A DNA stretch of 64,000 nt. Origin: an uncultured Bacteroidota bacterium. Its GTDB lineage: Bacteria > Bacteroidota > Bacteroidia > AKYH767-A > OLB10. Below are positions 38,201 through 46,655 of this stretch, piece after piece; within the stretch, counting starts at the first letter, position 1; every line of letters starts with the position of its first letter. The position numbers and the translations under genes are program-made. The stretch spans positions 52,507-116,506 of the forward strand of contig CAINEC010000193.1 in assembly GCA_903847585.1 (NCBI GenBank), given 5' to 3'. The notes below the pieces were generated by a model. It was not told the DNA's origin, made no database searches, and was given only the letters and a program-made list of their open reading frames with translations.

Positions 38201-40002
38201 CCGGTAATCGTTTTGGTGTTATTTGTAACTGGATTCCAGCACGCTATTTCAAATCCTCCGCACTCGAATAACAACTGGGCTTTTACATTCGTAGCAGTAA
38301 TTGCATTAATCGTTAAATCAACATCGCTAAAACTTCCAGTATTAAATACAAACCAAACATCGCCTTTTAGTAAAGAAGCATCACAACTTGATGCATCAGT
38401 ATTTCTAGTCGCATAATTATTCAGAAATGTTCTGGCATTTGTAGCACATGATAATGGTGGATTAACACTTAGTCTGATTGCATTTGCACAGTTATCATTA
38501 CTAGGAGCAACCGCACACATAGTTGTTTCATAGATACACAAATTCATAGTACCTGTTGAAAATGGAATGTATGTCCAAACTCTCACATAATAGGTTTGAC
38601 CGGCCACATATTCATTCTGACACATTGAAATCTCTGGCATTCCTCCATTTTGATCATCACCGCATTTAAACTGGTATCCTGTTCCACCCGGACAACCTGT
38701 CCATACTTCCATTACCCAATCGTTATTAGTTCCTGCTTGAGTAGTTAAAACCAATTTCTTTCCATTAGCAGGTGCAACAAACTTAAACCACTTATCATTG
38801 GTTGCCTGATTTCCATTGATATCGGAGCAGAAAGAGGTAGGACCATTTATAGAAACCCCAGTTGATACAGTAGTATAACTACAAGTGGCTAATGAAGATG
38901 CAACTGAAAGCAATGGTGCTGTTGAACAATCCTCACCGATACCACCAGTACTGAAATTAGATGGTCCAATTTTCAAACTATTATTTCCAGTACCACAACT
39001 TTTCTGAACGTAAAAACTATAAGAAGTTAACGATGATAGTCCTGTTATTGCTGCAGTCGTTGAAGATGTATTGATAGTTGTTCCTGTTCCTGGAGTAAAA
39101 CCAACAGGACCATATTCAATAGTAAAGGTTCCACCTGTTACTGGATTTGTCCAAGATAAAGTTGCTCCATTAGTTGTAATTTGCGTAGCTGATAAGTTAG
39201 TTGGTGAAGGGCAAGAAGTCGGAGCATATCTAAAATTTAAACCTTGAGCAGGTAATAATGTAGATGAAATTCCGCATGTAGAGGTGTTTGCTGTACCATT
39301 AGCAGATGTAGCCCAAGTATTTGTACCAGTAACAACCGATCTGTTTTTAATATTTGTAGGATATGTATTATTTGCACCTCTTAAACCAACCTGGTATGAT
39401 CCGGCTGTATATGTTCCTTGAGTAAATTTATAAATAACGTCAATGGCATTTGATGTCTCATTCAACACGATTTGAAAATTCATAGCGGTAGTATATGTTG
39501 TACCACTTTGTGCTTGAGGCTTAAAATTTTTGTACTGAATCACAAACTTTCTGTTTGGTGTAGTTCCCAGCGTTTGATAACTGATAGAACCTGTCTGAGA
39601 GGCATTTCCTGAAAAGAAATATGCATTCAAATTTCCTCCTAAAGCTGCAATAGCACCTGCGTAGGATGTTGATGCCGATATCGGAGTATAACTCGTTGTA
39701 GATGGACTTGTAGCTCCAAAAGTCATATATCCATTTGTACTAACTACACATCCCGAATAAGACACACCGTCATATACAAATGAAAAAGGAATCGTTCCTG
39801 CTGCGAGGGTATAAGTAAGATCATCGAGCGATCCCGAGCCTGTTGTTGCGGTTGCTGTTGCTAGAGTAGTTGCTCCAGTTAACTCTGTGTACGTTCCGTT
39901 ACTTTGAACAAAATCGTAGAGATTAACTTGTGCTGTACCCAAATGATAATTTCCAATAATAATTAGAAAAATCATCAGTAGTTTCAATAATAATTTACGC
40001 AT
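35221..40002 (-). CDS. Giant secreted cell-surface protein with FN3 and tandem Ig-like repeats and a T9SS type-A C-terminal sorting domain.
   Basis: Signal peptide; an FN3-like segment (LSWTNPVTGGTFTIEYGPVG); repeated about 85-aa units (YxWTVPTGVxITAGQGTNSITTxW...); C-terminal YPNPTRGNVTI...IYDMSGRLV...GTYIVSL...TQTRLILE (Por_Secre_tail). Confidence 0.6.
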   Translation of the reverse strand: MRKLLLKLLMIFLIIIGNYHLGTAQVNLYDFVQSNGTYTELTGATTLATATATTGSGSLDDLTYTLAAGTIPFSFVYDGVSYSGCVVSTNGYMTFGATSPSTTSYTPISASTSYAGAIAALGGNLNAYFFSGNASQTGSISYQTLGTTPNRKFVIQYKNFKPQAQSGTTYTTAMNFQIVLNETSNAIDVIYKFTQGTYTAGSYQVGLRGANNTYPTNIKNRSVVTGTNTWATSANGTANTSTCGISSTLLPAQGLNFRYAPTSCPSPTNLSATQITTNGATLSWTNPVTGGTFTIEYGPVGFTPGTGTTINTSSTTAAITGLSSLTSYSFYVQKSCGTGNNSLKIGPSNFSTGGIGEDCSTAPLLSVASSLATCSYTTVSTGVSINGPTSFCSDINGNQATNDKWFKFVAPANGKKLVLTTQAGTNNDWVMEVWTGCPGGTGYQFKCGDDQNGGMPEISMCQNEYVAGQTYYVRVWTYIPFSTGTMNLCIYETTMCAVAPSNDNCANAIRLSVNPPLSCATNARTFLNNYATRNTDASSCDASLLKGDVWFVFNTGSFSDVDLTINAITATNVKAQLLFECGGFEIACWNPVTNNTKTITGLNPQADYILRVWTDSTVAGTFSICITDRCSNPTATTSGSYTACTGSTVSIPVTFTGTPPFALTYSNGTTSASVTGITTTNYNLVVSPSSTSTYTLTAMNDATCVGAASGSASVTVITPQNVTLSAFSPICDNAPLQQLSGGSPSGGVYSGVGVSNGFFDPAFGSQTITYTVTYTVGCSRSASQVYTVNPLPTVTFASLSPVCNTAAPFTLTGGSPTGGNYAGTGVSNNTFNPSTAGPGTYTLIYYYTTAAGCTANDTSAITVTNCSVCTNPPTANAGVDKTICYNATSSIAGSIGGAATSQTWSGGTGTYSPSNTSLNITYTPSASEIAAGFARLFLTTNDPDGGGPCIAAIDTVNISIIPSLSTPVINGVSSNCTGVSGVVYSVTAQSGASYNWTVPTGVSITAGQGTNSITTTWGATAVSGNVSVTLANNCISVSSSKAVTVSTNVQLSSISGSTSFCLPQSQLVYSITSQPGVVYTWTVPTGVTILSGQGTSQIITSWPIGVLSGNVSVVASGVCNNASSSLPVAITSGSVTVGTISGNSPICRPATGVVYSVAAQTGVTYVWTVPTGVTITAGAGTNSITTSWSSTSVTGAIKVVGTSSCGKDSTIRTIIVRTAKPTQPGTVTGAATACIGDAIRYSIAKVATADYYVWTPKTGMLVNGSATALTTTDTSVIVTFTTGFVGDTLKVNGGNCKGLSTVRTKVITRNTAAPTTPGVITGQTTGICGGGTFTYSFASAVTNATSYTWRTKKVGALLNGQAVSSLTVSAPTQSITVTYPANTTTFDSLFVKANNGCGSSAERGVKINVVPSVPSAIIIPSVLCIGTTVPQVFSIAPVTSATSYTWTYPTSGTTYVSGQGTTNLTLRFTATGSKSITVKSGNACGLSTAKSVSVNPTAACPTARDGSAFDLSGIVVYPNPTRGNVTIAYTSIDNSDYTLNIYDMSGRLVDSYVLNAIEGFNQKELNLESLVKGTYIVSLKGSGLVTQTRLILE
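35560..37070 (-). repeat. Intragenic tandem array of about 6-7 diverged Ig-like repeat units (about 255 bp each).
   Basis: Protein-level repeats within residues about 980..1480 of the 1593-aa ORF; coordinates are approximate. Confidence 0.45.
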
Positions 40003-40075
40003 AATAAGTCGTGCTTGGATGGTTTGTGTATGATAATTTAATGTCGGATTCTAACGAGTAATTTTGATAAAAGTT

Positions 40076-43000
40076 CTAATTACTATTTATTGATTGTTTT
40101 GCTGTGTTTTTACTTCGTTGCGATGAGTTTGGTGAAGCAAAGTTATAGTTAATTCCTCCCAGTGGCAATAACACGGGGTTTTTACTCCATGTCTCCAAAG
40201 AATTACGATGATTGACTACCAGATAATAACTTCCTCCAGAGTAAACACTTGGGAATGAAACCGAGGCATTTCCTGCTACATCCAACACAGTTCTTCTAGT
40301 GGTGATGTAATTATATGGGAATGCACTTGAATATAAAGAAACACTTATTGTATCTGCGGTTAAAGGTGCGTTTATCGCGTCAGAAACAGGTATCAATGAA
40401 TTATTTAGTGCATAGAACCCCTCAATTAAAAGTTTAATATTTACAACGCATGATGCAGTTGGAACGCCAACCCCAAAAGGATTAACTGTGGAAGTAAAAC
40501 AACCTTCAGCGTTTGTTATTTTAATTGCCCCTGTAGTAGCTCCACTAGGCACAATCGCATGAATTGCTAAATCATTCACCACGTTAAATTGTGAAGATGA
40601 AATGTTATTGAATTGAATATTATTTACTCCAGTGAAATTATAACCAGAGATCCCAACATCAGTTCCCACAGGCCCTGTTGAAGGTGAAAAGCTTGTGATA
40701 ACTGGAGCGGCAACAGCTGTAATGGTGCTTGATGCTGATTGCTGACAACCCGTACCTAAACCATAGGTATAGGTAACTGTAAATGTCCCAGGCCCTGATA
40801 AATTTCCGAAGAAACTGCCTGACTGAACATAAGAACCACTGTAAACTCCTCCGGATGGACTTCCTTGATTTAAAACTTTCGAAGTGTTAGTACAAACAGT
40901 ACCCAGATTAGCCAAAGTAACAACTGGAACCGCTGAAACATTAACAATAGCACTTCCGGAAACTGTTCCACTACAATAGGGGCCGCTTACACTCGTTAAT
41001 GTATAATTTTTAGAAGATGTAGGAGCTAAATTGATGTAGTAAGGATTTGTGGATGTAGTAACTGAAGTATTCGTTGTGCCATCTGTATAGATAAACGTCC
41101 AAGGCGAATATCCTGTTAGATCAACTTTTGCTTGAACGATAGCTCCGGAACAAATTGCAAAAGACCCGCTTATTGTTGCAGTTGGTGCATCACACTGATC
41201 AGAAATACAAATTTTAAATGTTCCCGGAGTTCCTGTTGCTGGAGTCCATACTCTTAAAACATAATCCGCTTGCGGATTTAAACCATTCAACGCAAATGTT
41301 CCATTTGGATTAGCATAACATTGAATTTCAAAACCGCCGCATTCAAATATCAAAGCAGCCTTCAATCCCACGGCAGTTAAAGGTGTTATTGACAAATCTA
41401 AATCACCATAATTACCGGTATTAAATTTAAACCATACATCGGTGTATCCTGCGGCCAAGGCATCACATGTCTGAGCTGCAGCTGTTGAAACCGTTGCATT
41501 AACATTGGTAAATGTTTGTCCGCTTGCAGGGCAAGATTGAGGCGGTGTTATGGTAATATAGGTTGATGTAGCACAGTCATCATTTGCGGGAGGCAATGGA
41601 CAAGCTGTAGTCGTGTAAGCAGCCACACTACAGGTCCCGCTTACTCCTCGCGAGTAAGTCCAAATCCGAACATAATAAGTGGCACCTGGCGTGTACTCGT
41701 TTTGACATAATGAAATTTCTGGCATAAATCCATTAACATCATCTGCGCAACGATAAGCGTTAATATTTGAACCTGGACAATTAGTCCAAACTTCCATTAC
41801 CCAATCGTTGATTGTTCCAGCTTGTGTGGTAACGACTATCTTAGAATTATTGGTAGAGGGAGCAATGAACTTAAACCAAACATCATCGTCACCAACCTTT
41901 CCAATAGAATCAGAACAAATATTGTTTGGGGCATTTAAAGAAACCCCAGAAGCAACTGAAGAGTAAGAAATGGTAGACAGTGAATTCTGCAATGATAAGG
42001 AGGCTGCAGTTAAACAGTCTTCTCCGTCTGATCCCGTAGTAAATGTAAAACTTTGAATCGAGCTTGAATCCGTCAAACTACAAAATTGTCGCACGTAAAT
42101 CTGATAGGTTGTTTGAGCTGTTAATCCCGATAAATTAATGGTATTCGTTGTCACTTCTGACCTAGTACCGTTTCCTAATGTAAACCCATTAAGTCCATAT
42201 TCGACTTTATATTTTAAGGCTGAAACAGCGGGATTCCAACCAATTATTGCTGACGTTTTAGTCACATATGTAGCAGAAAAACCAGAAGGAGGAGGGCAAG
42301 AAGGAGGAGCAAATCGAAAAACAATATTATTCGGATTTAACGTGCTTCCTACATTACAATTAGCATTATTTGCAGCACCTGCAACTGAATTAAGCCAACT
42401 AGTGTGTGTCCCTGTAACTACACTCCTATTTAATACATTAGTTGGGAATGTATTATTAACACCTCTCAACCCTACTTGCATTTTGTTACCTGCAGCACTT
42501 GTAGAAAATCCTGTTCCTACATTTCCATAACAATACTCTATCGCATTTGATGTTTCATATAGTTTAACCTGAAAGTTTAAATAGTTAACAAGCGTAGTTG
42601 CGCTAGACCATGGACGCATAAACTTCCATTGCACAACAAAAACTCTGTTAGGTGAAGAACCTAAAACCTGATACCTTATTTCCGAATTTTTTGTTGTATC
42701 AACTGCATTATAAAATCCGTTCAAGTCATTGGCCATTGGCGCAAGTACTCCAGCAAATGCAGAATTATCTGACAAGGGAAGATTCAATGAAACATTCGGC
42801 GATAATGTACCAAATGTGATGAATCCATTTGAACTTACATACATCCCCGTATATGAATTGTTTTCAAACTTAAATGAGAAAGGTATAGTGCCAGCCGGAA
42901 GATTATAAACTGCCTTATCCAAAGAAGGAATATTACCAGTACTCGCTGTAGTTTTACCTAGTAAGGTCCCGCCAGTAATTAGACTGAATGTACTTGTTGA

Positions 43001-43105
43001 GCTGGTAAATTGATAAGTTGATAATGTTTGGGAAAAACCATTTACCGCCAAAAAACAAATCAGAAACGATAAACAAAAAAAGTTTTTGTTGTAGAAATTA
43101 AACAT
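40076..43105 (-). CDS. Large secreted surface protein, paralog of 35221..40002 in its N-terminal 600 aa, with an IPT/TIG-like domain. No recognisable T9SS type-A C-terminal domain.
   Basis: Shared N-terminal architecture (TIPFSF...SNGFITFG, FN3, GEDC.TA, DDVWFKF, DWVMEVW, MPEIS.CQNEY, TYYVRIWTY); an IPT-like PVITSFSPSTGPVGTDVGISGYNF; the C-terminus lacks the YPNP ... K(L/I)(I/V) pattern. Confidence 0.5.
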   Translation of the reverse strand: MFNFYNKNFFCLSFLICFLAVNGFSQTLSTYQFTSSTSTFSLITGGTLLGKTTASTGNIPSLDKAVYNLPAGTIPFSFKFENNSYTGMYVSSNGFITFGTLSPNVSLNLPLSDNSAFAGVLAPMANDLNGFYNAVDTTKNSEIRYQVLGSSPNRVFVVQWKFMRPWSSATTLVNYLNFQVKLYETSNAIEYCYGNVGTGFSTSAAGNKMQVGLRGVNNTFPTNVLNRSVVTGTHTSWLNSVAGAANNANCNVGSTLNPNNIVFRFAPPSCPPPSGFSATYVTKTSAIIGWNPAVSALKYKVEYGLNGFTLGNGTRSEVTTNTINLSGLTAQTTYQIYVRQFCSLTDSSSIQSFTFTTGSDGEDCLTAASLSLQNSLSTISYSSVASGVSLNAPNNICSDSIGKVGDDDVWFKFIAPSTNNSKIVVTTQAGTINDWVMEVWTNCPGSNINAYRCADDVNGFMPEISLCQNEYTPGATYYVRIWTYSRGVSGTCSVAAYTTTACPLPPANDDCATSTYITITPPQSCPASGQTFTNVNATVSTAAAQTCDALAAGYTDVWFKFNTGNYGDLDLSITPLTAVGLKAALIFECGGFEIQCYANPNGTFALNGLNPQADYVLRVWTPATGTPGTFKICISDQCDAPTATISGSFAICSGAIVQAKVDLTGYSPWTFIYTDGTTNTSVTTSTNPYYINLAPTSSKNYTLTSVSGPYCSGTVSGSAIVNVSAVPVVTLANLGTVCTNTSKVLNQGSPSGGVYSGSYVQSGSFFGNLSGPGTFTVTYTYGLGTGCQQSASSTITAVAAPVITSFSPSTGPVGTDVGISGYNFTGVNNIQFNNISSSQFNVVNDLAIHAIVPSGATTGAIKITNAEGCFTSTVNPFGVGVPTASCVVNIKLLIEGFYALNNSLIPVSDAINAPLTADTISVSLYSSAFPYNYITTRRTVLDVAGNASVSFPSVYSGGSYYLVVNHRNSLETWSKNPVLLPLGGINYNFASPNSSQRSKNTAKQSINSN

Positions 43106-43296
43106 AAGTCGATTATTAATTAGATTCTTTACAAACGAAAGAAATTTAAACTTGATTATAACTGACTAATTTACATAAAACATGCGACTTAAAACAAATT
43201 TTTAAGCACATTTTCAATCATATGAATCTAAAAAATGACACTACTCTATTTGTTTTGACAATTTTTAATACATTTGCACCTCTTAAAACCAGAATT

Positions 43297-43370
<74 letters not shown>

Positions 43371-43442
43371 CAAAGATTAGGTCCTTTTTACACAGACCTT
43401 AAAAAAAAGAAGATTTTTCTTGCATCCTGTTTTTTCGCGCCC

Positions 43443-43450
43443 TATATTTG
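43443..43450 (+). promoter_or_regulatory. Putative Bacteroidetes-type -7 promoter element TAtaTTTG for the mini-ORF/xrtF unit.
   Basis: Perfect TAnnTTTG match about 30 nt upstream of the ATG at 43480, with a weak TTG about 20 nt further upstream. Confidence 0.35.
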
Positions 43451-43479
43451 TTAGATAAAGCAAGAAAAATTATTTAACT

Positions 43480-43659
43480 ATGAAAAATAAAATCCTAATT
43501 GCGTTACCTTTAATCGGATTAATGGTATTAGCCTCTTCTCCTCTATTTGCGCAAAGTTGCAACCCTAATGTACCTATCGATGGTGGTTTAAGTGCTTTGT
43601 TAGTAGCAGGTGCTGGTTATGGCATCAAAAAAATTAACGATAAAAGAAAAGAGAAGTAA
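43480..43659 (+). CDS. 59-aa mini-protein: signal peptide, about 10-aa mature segment, C-terminal TM helix and Lys/Arg-rich tail. Candidate exosortase-F substrate. It is shorter than 60 aa, so it was absent from the ORF track.
   Basis: Translated by hand: MKNKILIALPLIGLMVLASSPLFAQSCNPNVPIDGGLSALLVAGAGYGIKKINDKRKEK. It has its own promoter-like element, is followed by a strong terminator, and sits immediately 5' of xrtF. Confidence 0.4.
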   Translation: MKNKILIALPLIGLMVLASSPLFAQSCNPNVPIDGGLSALLVAGAGYGIKKINDKRKEK

Positions 43660-43682
43660 TTCTTAAAAACAAAATAAAAAAA

Positions 43683-43710
43683 GGTTAGCATTTGCTAACC
43701 TTTTTTTATT
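43683..43710 (+). terminator. Rho-independent terminator (possibly bidirectional) between the mini-ORF and xrtF.
   Basis: ggttagca-ttt-tgctaacc perfect 8-bp stem followed by T7; an A-run precedes it. Confidence 0.7.
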
Positions 43711-43720
43711 TTTACCCTGT

Positions 43721-44251
43721 ATGAAAGTCGGTATTTTAAATTCTCAATACAAAATCGTAGTTGTATTTATTATTAAAGCTATACTGCTTTATGTAGCATG
43801 GTTCATCTTTAACGACTTTATCATTGCTCAATCAGGAGTTAACGATTGGCTTAATCATCGTGTAGCATATGATGCAAGCGTTTTTTTAAAGTTGTTGGGG
43901 TATACTACTTCTATCGAACCTGGCAACCATCAATTTTTAATTGATATCAATACCAAGCGAATGGTTGGTGTTGGTAATCCTTGTAATGGATTAGAACTAT
44001 TTGCACTATTTGCTGGATTTGTCCTTTGCTTTCCCGGCGGTACAATAAAGAAATTATGGTTTATTCCACTTGGAATTTTCATAATCCACATATCAAACTT
44101 TATTAGAGCAGCTTCACTTGCACTAATACAGTATTACAATCCAGCATATTTAGAATTTAATCATCATTATACTTTTGTAATAATTGTTTACGGAATAATA
44201 TTCGGACTTTGGATCGTTTGGGTAAATCGCTTAGCTACTTTAAAAAAATGA
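43721..44251 (+). CDS. xrtF: Exosortase family protein, XrtF-like.
   Basis: About 176-aa polytopic membrane protein with the exosortase-type Cys motif (GNPCNGLE) and Asn/Arg motif (ISNFIRAAS). Its size and pairing with a downstream small membrane protein match the XrtF system of Bacteroidota. ATGA start/stop overlap with the next gene. Confidence 0.6.
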   Translation: MKVGILNSQYKIVVVFIIKAILLYVAWFIFNDFIIAQSGVNDWLNHRVAYDASVFLKLLGYTTSIEPGNHQFLIDINTKRMVGVGNPCNGLELFALFAGFVLCFPGGTIKKLWFIPLGIFIIHISNFIRAASLALIQYYNPAYLEFNHHYTFVIIVYGIIFGLWIVWVNRLATLKK

Positions 44252-44736
44252 TTCGTTTAACGAAACCCTTCAACAATATACTTGCGGCTTTATCTTTTTT
44301 AGTGCTATTGTTTTTTGGATGGAAACGAGAAGATAAATTATTAGTGATTAGTCAAAAAGGATTTCATTTTTTAAATAAATATCCTAAAACGGAAATAACA
44401 AATTACACAAATGAGGTCAGTAATCTCGTTAGCTTTCAATTATCGCCTAAACTGCAATCATCCATTTTTTTTAGCATCATTTATATTGCACTATGCTACC
44501 TAGTATTAGTAATGCATACTCGCGATAAATACTTAGGAAAGATATTGGTGGCAACCTATTTAATTTACATGGGACTAAGTTTTGTATTTCTGACCCTGTA
44601 CAATTTTAAAGTCGATTATCGCTTAAGTGCTGGACTAGCTCATTACCTAGAAGATCTTTTTCTTTCTCCATTAATTTTAATGGCCTTTATAACAATTTAC
44701 CATTTGAAAGAAAAATTACAAGAAAAAAAGGATTAA
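44248..44736 (+). CDS. Exosortase F system-associated membrane protein (putative).
   Basis: About 163-aa, 4-TM protein, translationally coupled (ATGA) to xrtF; the start is taken at MIRLTKPF. Confidence 0.5.
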   Translation: MIRLTKPFNNILAALSFLVLLFFGWKREDKLLVISQKGFHFLNKYPKTEITNYTNEVSNLVSFQLSPKLQSSIFFSIIYIALCYLVLVMHTRDKYLGKILVATYLIYMGLSFVFLTLYNFKVDYRLSAGLAHYLEDLFLSPLILMAFITIYHLKEKLQEKKD

Positions 44737-45767
44737 TTACTTCTAGCCTTTTTGATAAAAATATTGTTAAGTATCGCCCAGAAATATTGAAAATCTGTTT
44801 TTATAGGTGCCTTCTCATATTCTTTTAAGTACTTCAATTCTGAATTAATAATCTCTTCTAAAGTCTTAGGCATATCTACATAAAAAGGTGGAAGCAAACC
44901 TGGCTTGGAATCTTTTCTTTTTTCCTGCAACTCTTTAGTATAAAGAGAATAATAATGACGACTTAAAGGACGTACACCGACTATTTTCAAATCACCTTTT
45001 AAAAGGTTATAAATCATTGGTAATTCATCCAACCAGCATTTTCTTAGAAATGCTCCCCATCGAGTAATTCTAAAGTCATCGGCGAACTTGCCGCCTTCAG
45101 TTAAATTATTAGTCTCGTAGATATATTCCTGAAGGTATTCAGCATAGGGATACATGGTGCGGAACTTATAAACGCTAATTATTTTCCCATCTTTACCTAC
45201 TCTTCTCATCGCGAATAATGGTCCGTAGGAAGGGTTTAAATCATATACTGGAGCCTTTTCTTTCTGACCAACAAAATAAAGTTTATTGTTAATTTCCTTG
45301 ATTTCTAAAATCCTGAAACCACATGAACACAATCGCCCTAAAGCTTCTGCTTTCGACATTGCGCGGTTTCTTCCGTCGGTAAGGAAAAAATATAATTTCT
45401 TTAAGAATGGAAGTTTAGGCCAAACTCTCTTAAATACAAAATCTCCGAGTTGGTACATTTGAGATACAACTGGCGGAAATTTACTTTTAATACGGAGTAT
45501 TCTTTGTTCGTGTGTTTCAACGCATCCAATATAAATTCCTCCAACAGGCAATTTTTCATTGATTGCTTCTTGAAATTTATTTACAAAGCGAATATCATTG
45601 ATCTTTTTCAGATTAACGACAGCATCAATAGTATGTTGGTCAATATTAAGAATATTAAAAGTAGTAGTTGTCATCATAACTTTTGATTTGTCAGATGCAA
45701 CATTAACATACTTTTCAAGTAGTGTTATTAGCTCAGGAGCCGTGTCTTTTAATATCTCGGTATTCAT
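44733..45767 (-). CDS. Sugar transferase (Bac_transf / polyprenyl-phosphate hexose-1-phosphate transferase C-terminal domain) with a soluble N-terminal domain.
   Basis: FAMRRVGKDGKIISVYKFRTM ... DDFRITRWGAFLRKCWLDELPMIYNLLKGDLKIVGVRPL matches the WbaP/EpsB catalytic domain; no N-terminal TM helices are evident. Confidence 0.65.
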   Translation of the reverse strand: MNTEILKDTAPELITLLEKYVNVASDKSKVMMTTTTFNILNIDQHTIDAVVNLKKINDIRFVNKFQEAINEKLPVGGIYIGCVETHEQRILRIKSKFPPVVSQMYQLGDFVFKRVWPKLPFLKKLYFFLTDGRNRAMSKAEALGRLCSCGFRILEIKEINNKLYFVGQKEKAPVYDLNPSYGPLFAMRRVGKDGKIISVYKFRTMYPYAEYLQEYIYETNNLTEGGKFADDFRITRWGAFLRKCWLDELPMIYNLLKGDLKIVGVRPLSRHYYSLYTKELQEKRKDSKPGLLPPFYVDMPKTLEEIINSELKYLKEYEKAPIKTDFQYFWAILNNIFIKKARSN

Positions 45768-45950
45768 TATTTATTAGATGACACAATCTACTATAAACTA
45801 ATCGAATTCATGAATTAATTTCCGCCAAAGGCAAAAAATAGTGGGTAAATAACTCCGATAAAATTTTGAGTAGATTGTTAAATTTAAAGCTCTAACGGAC
45901 GGAATACAAATTAAGTTGATAACTATTTGGCAAAACCTTACAGTTTACTT

Positions 45951-46583
45951 TTAGATTAGACCAGCCCAAAGCAAATAAATCAAGCGGCATCCAAACAAAA
46001 TTAAACCCACACCAGAAATCTTATTTAAGATTGAAATAAAGCGTACGGTCATCATTTTCTTTAGATTAATTGCTAATGCAGCTTTTAGTAAATCAGTTAA
46101 AAAAATGGTCGTAAGTGTGCTGCTAAAAAAAATAACTGAATCTAAAGAACCACCCGACTTATTAACAACTAAAGTAGTGCTTACACCAATCCAGAAAAAC
46201 AATACAAATGGATTCAAGGCGTTCATGACAAACCCTTTTATAATATCGAAAAATAAGTCTTTCGAACTAACATCATTTTTAATTGCAATATCCTTTGGGT
46301 CAGAAACCTTGGTTACAATTGAAGAAATCCCAAACCCGATTAATAATATCCCACCAACTATAGCAACCCAATCACGATGGCTATCAAGAAATCCAACCAA
46401 TGACTTACTGAATTCTATTATTGAAATGTAAAAACCATCGCTTAAAACTACTCCCAATGCAAAATAAAATGCTGAACGAAAACCATTTTTGATGCTAATG
46501 TTAATCAACATAAAAAACACCGGCCCAAGCATAATGGCCATTAACAAACCTAATCCTACACCGGCAACAATTTGATTAATCAT
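45951..46583 (-). CDS. LysE/RhtB family amino-acid exporter.
   Basis: 210-aa, 6-TM protein with the N-terminal GLLMAIMLGPVFFML pattern of LysE translocators. Confidence 0.65.
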   Translation of the reverse strand: MINQIVAGVGLGLLMAIMLGPVFFMLINISIKNGFRSAFYFALGVVLSDGFYISIIEFSKSLVGFLDSHRDWVAIVGGILLIGFGISSIVTKVSDPKDIAIKNDVSSKDLFFDIIKGFVMNALNPFVLFFWIGVSTTLVVNKSGGSLDSVIFFSSTLTTIFLTDLLKAALAINLKKMMTVRFISILNKISGVGLILFGCRLIYLLWAGLI

Positions 46584-46655
46584 CGAATTAAAAGGCTAAT
46601 ATATTTATTATTCCTTGACTAAACGATTTACAAGGAGATTAACTAAATTTGACCA

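Noticed and set aside
36002-38416. Several 60-82-aa ORFs on both strands within the adhesin gene
   Set aside because: They are frame artefacts inside a 4.8-kb Thr/Ser/Gly-rich coding region.
43378-43409. Hairpin aggtc-N11-gacct followed by A8 just 3' of the tRNA
   Set aside because: The stem is weak (5 bp) with an A-run rather than a T-run on the tRNA strand; it could be a minus-strand terminator, but no minus-strand gene ends here.
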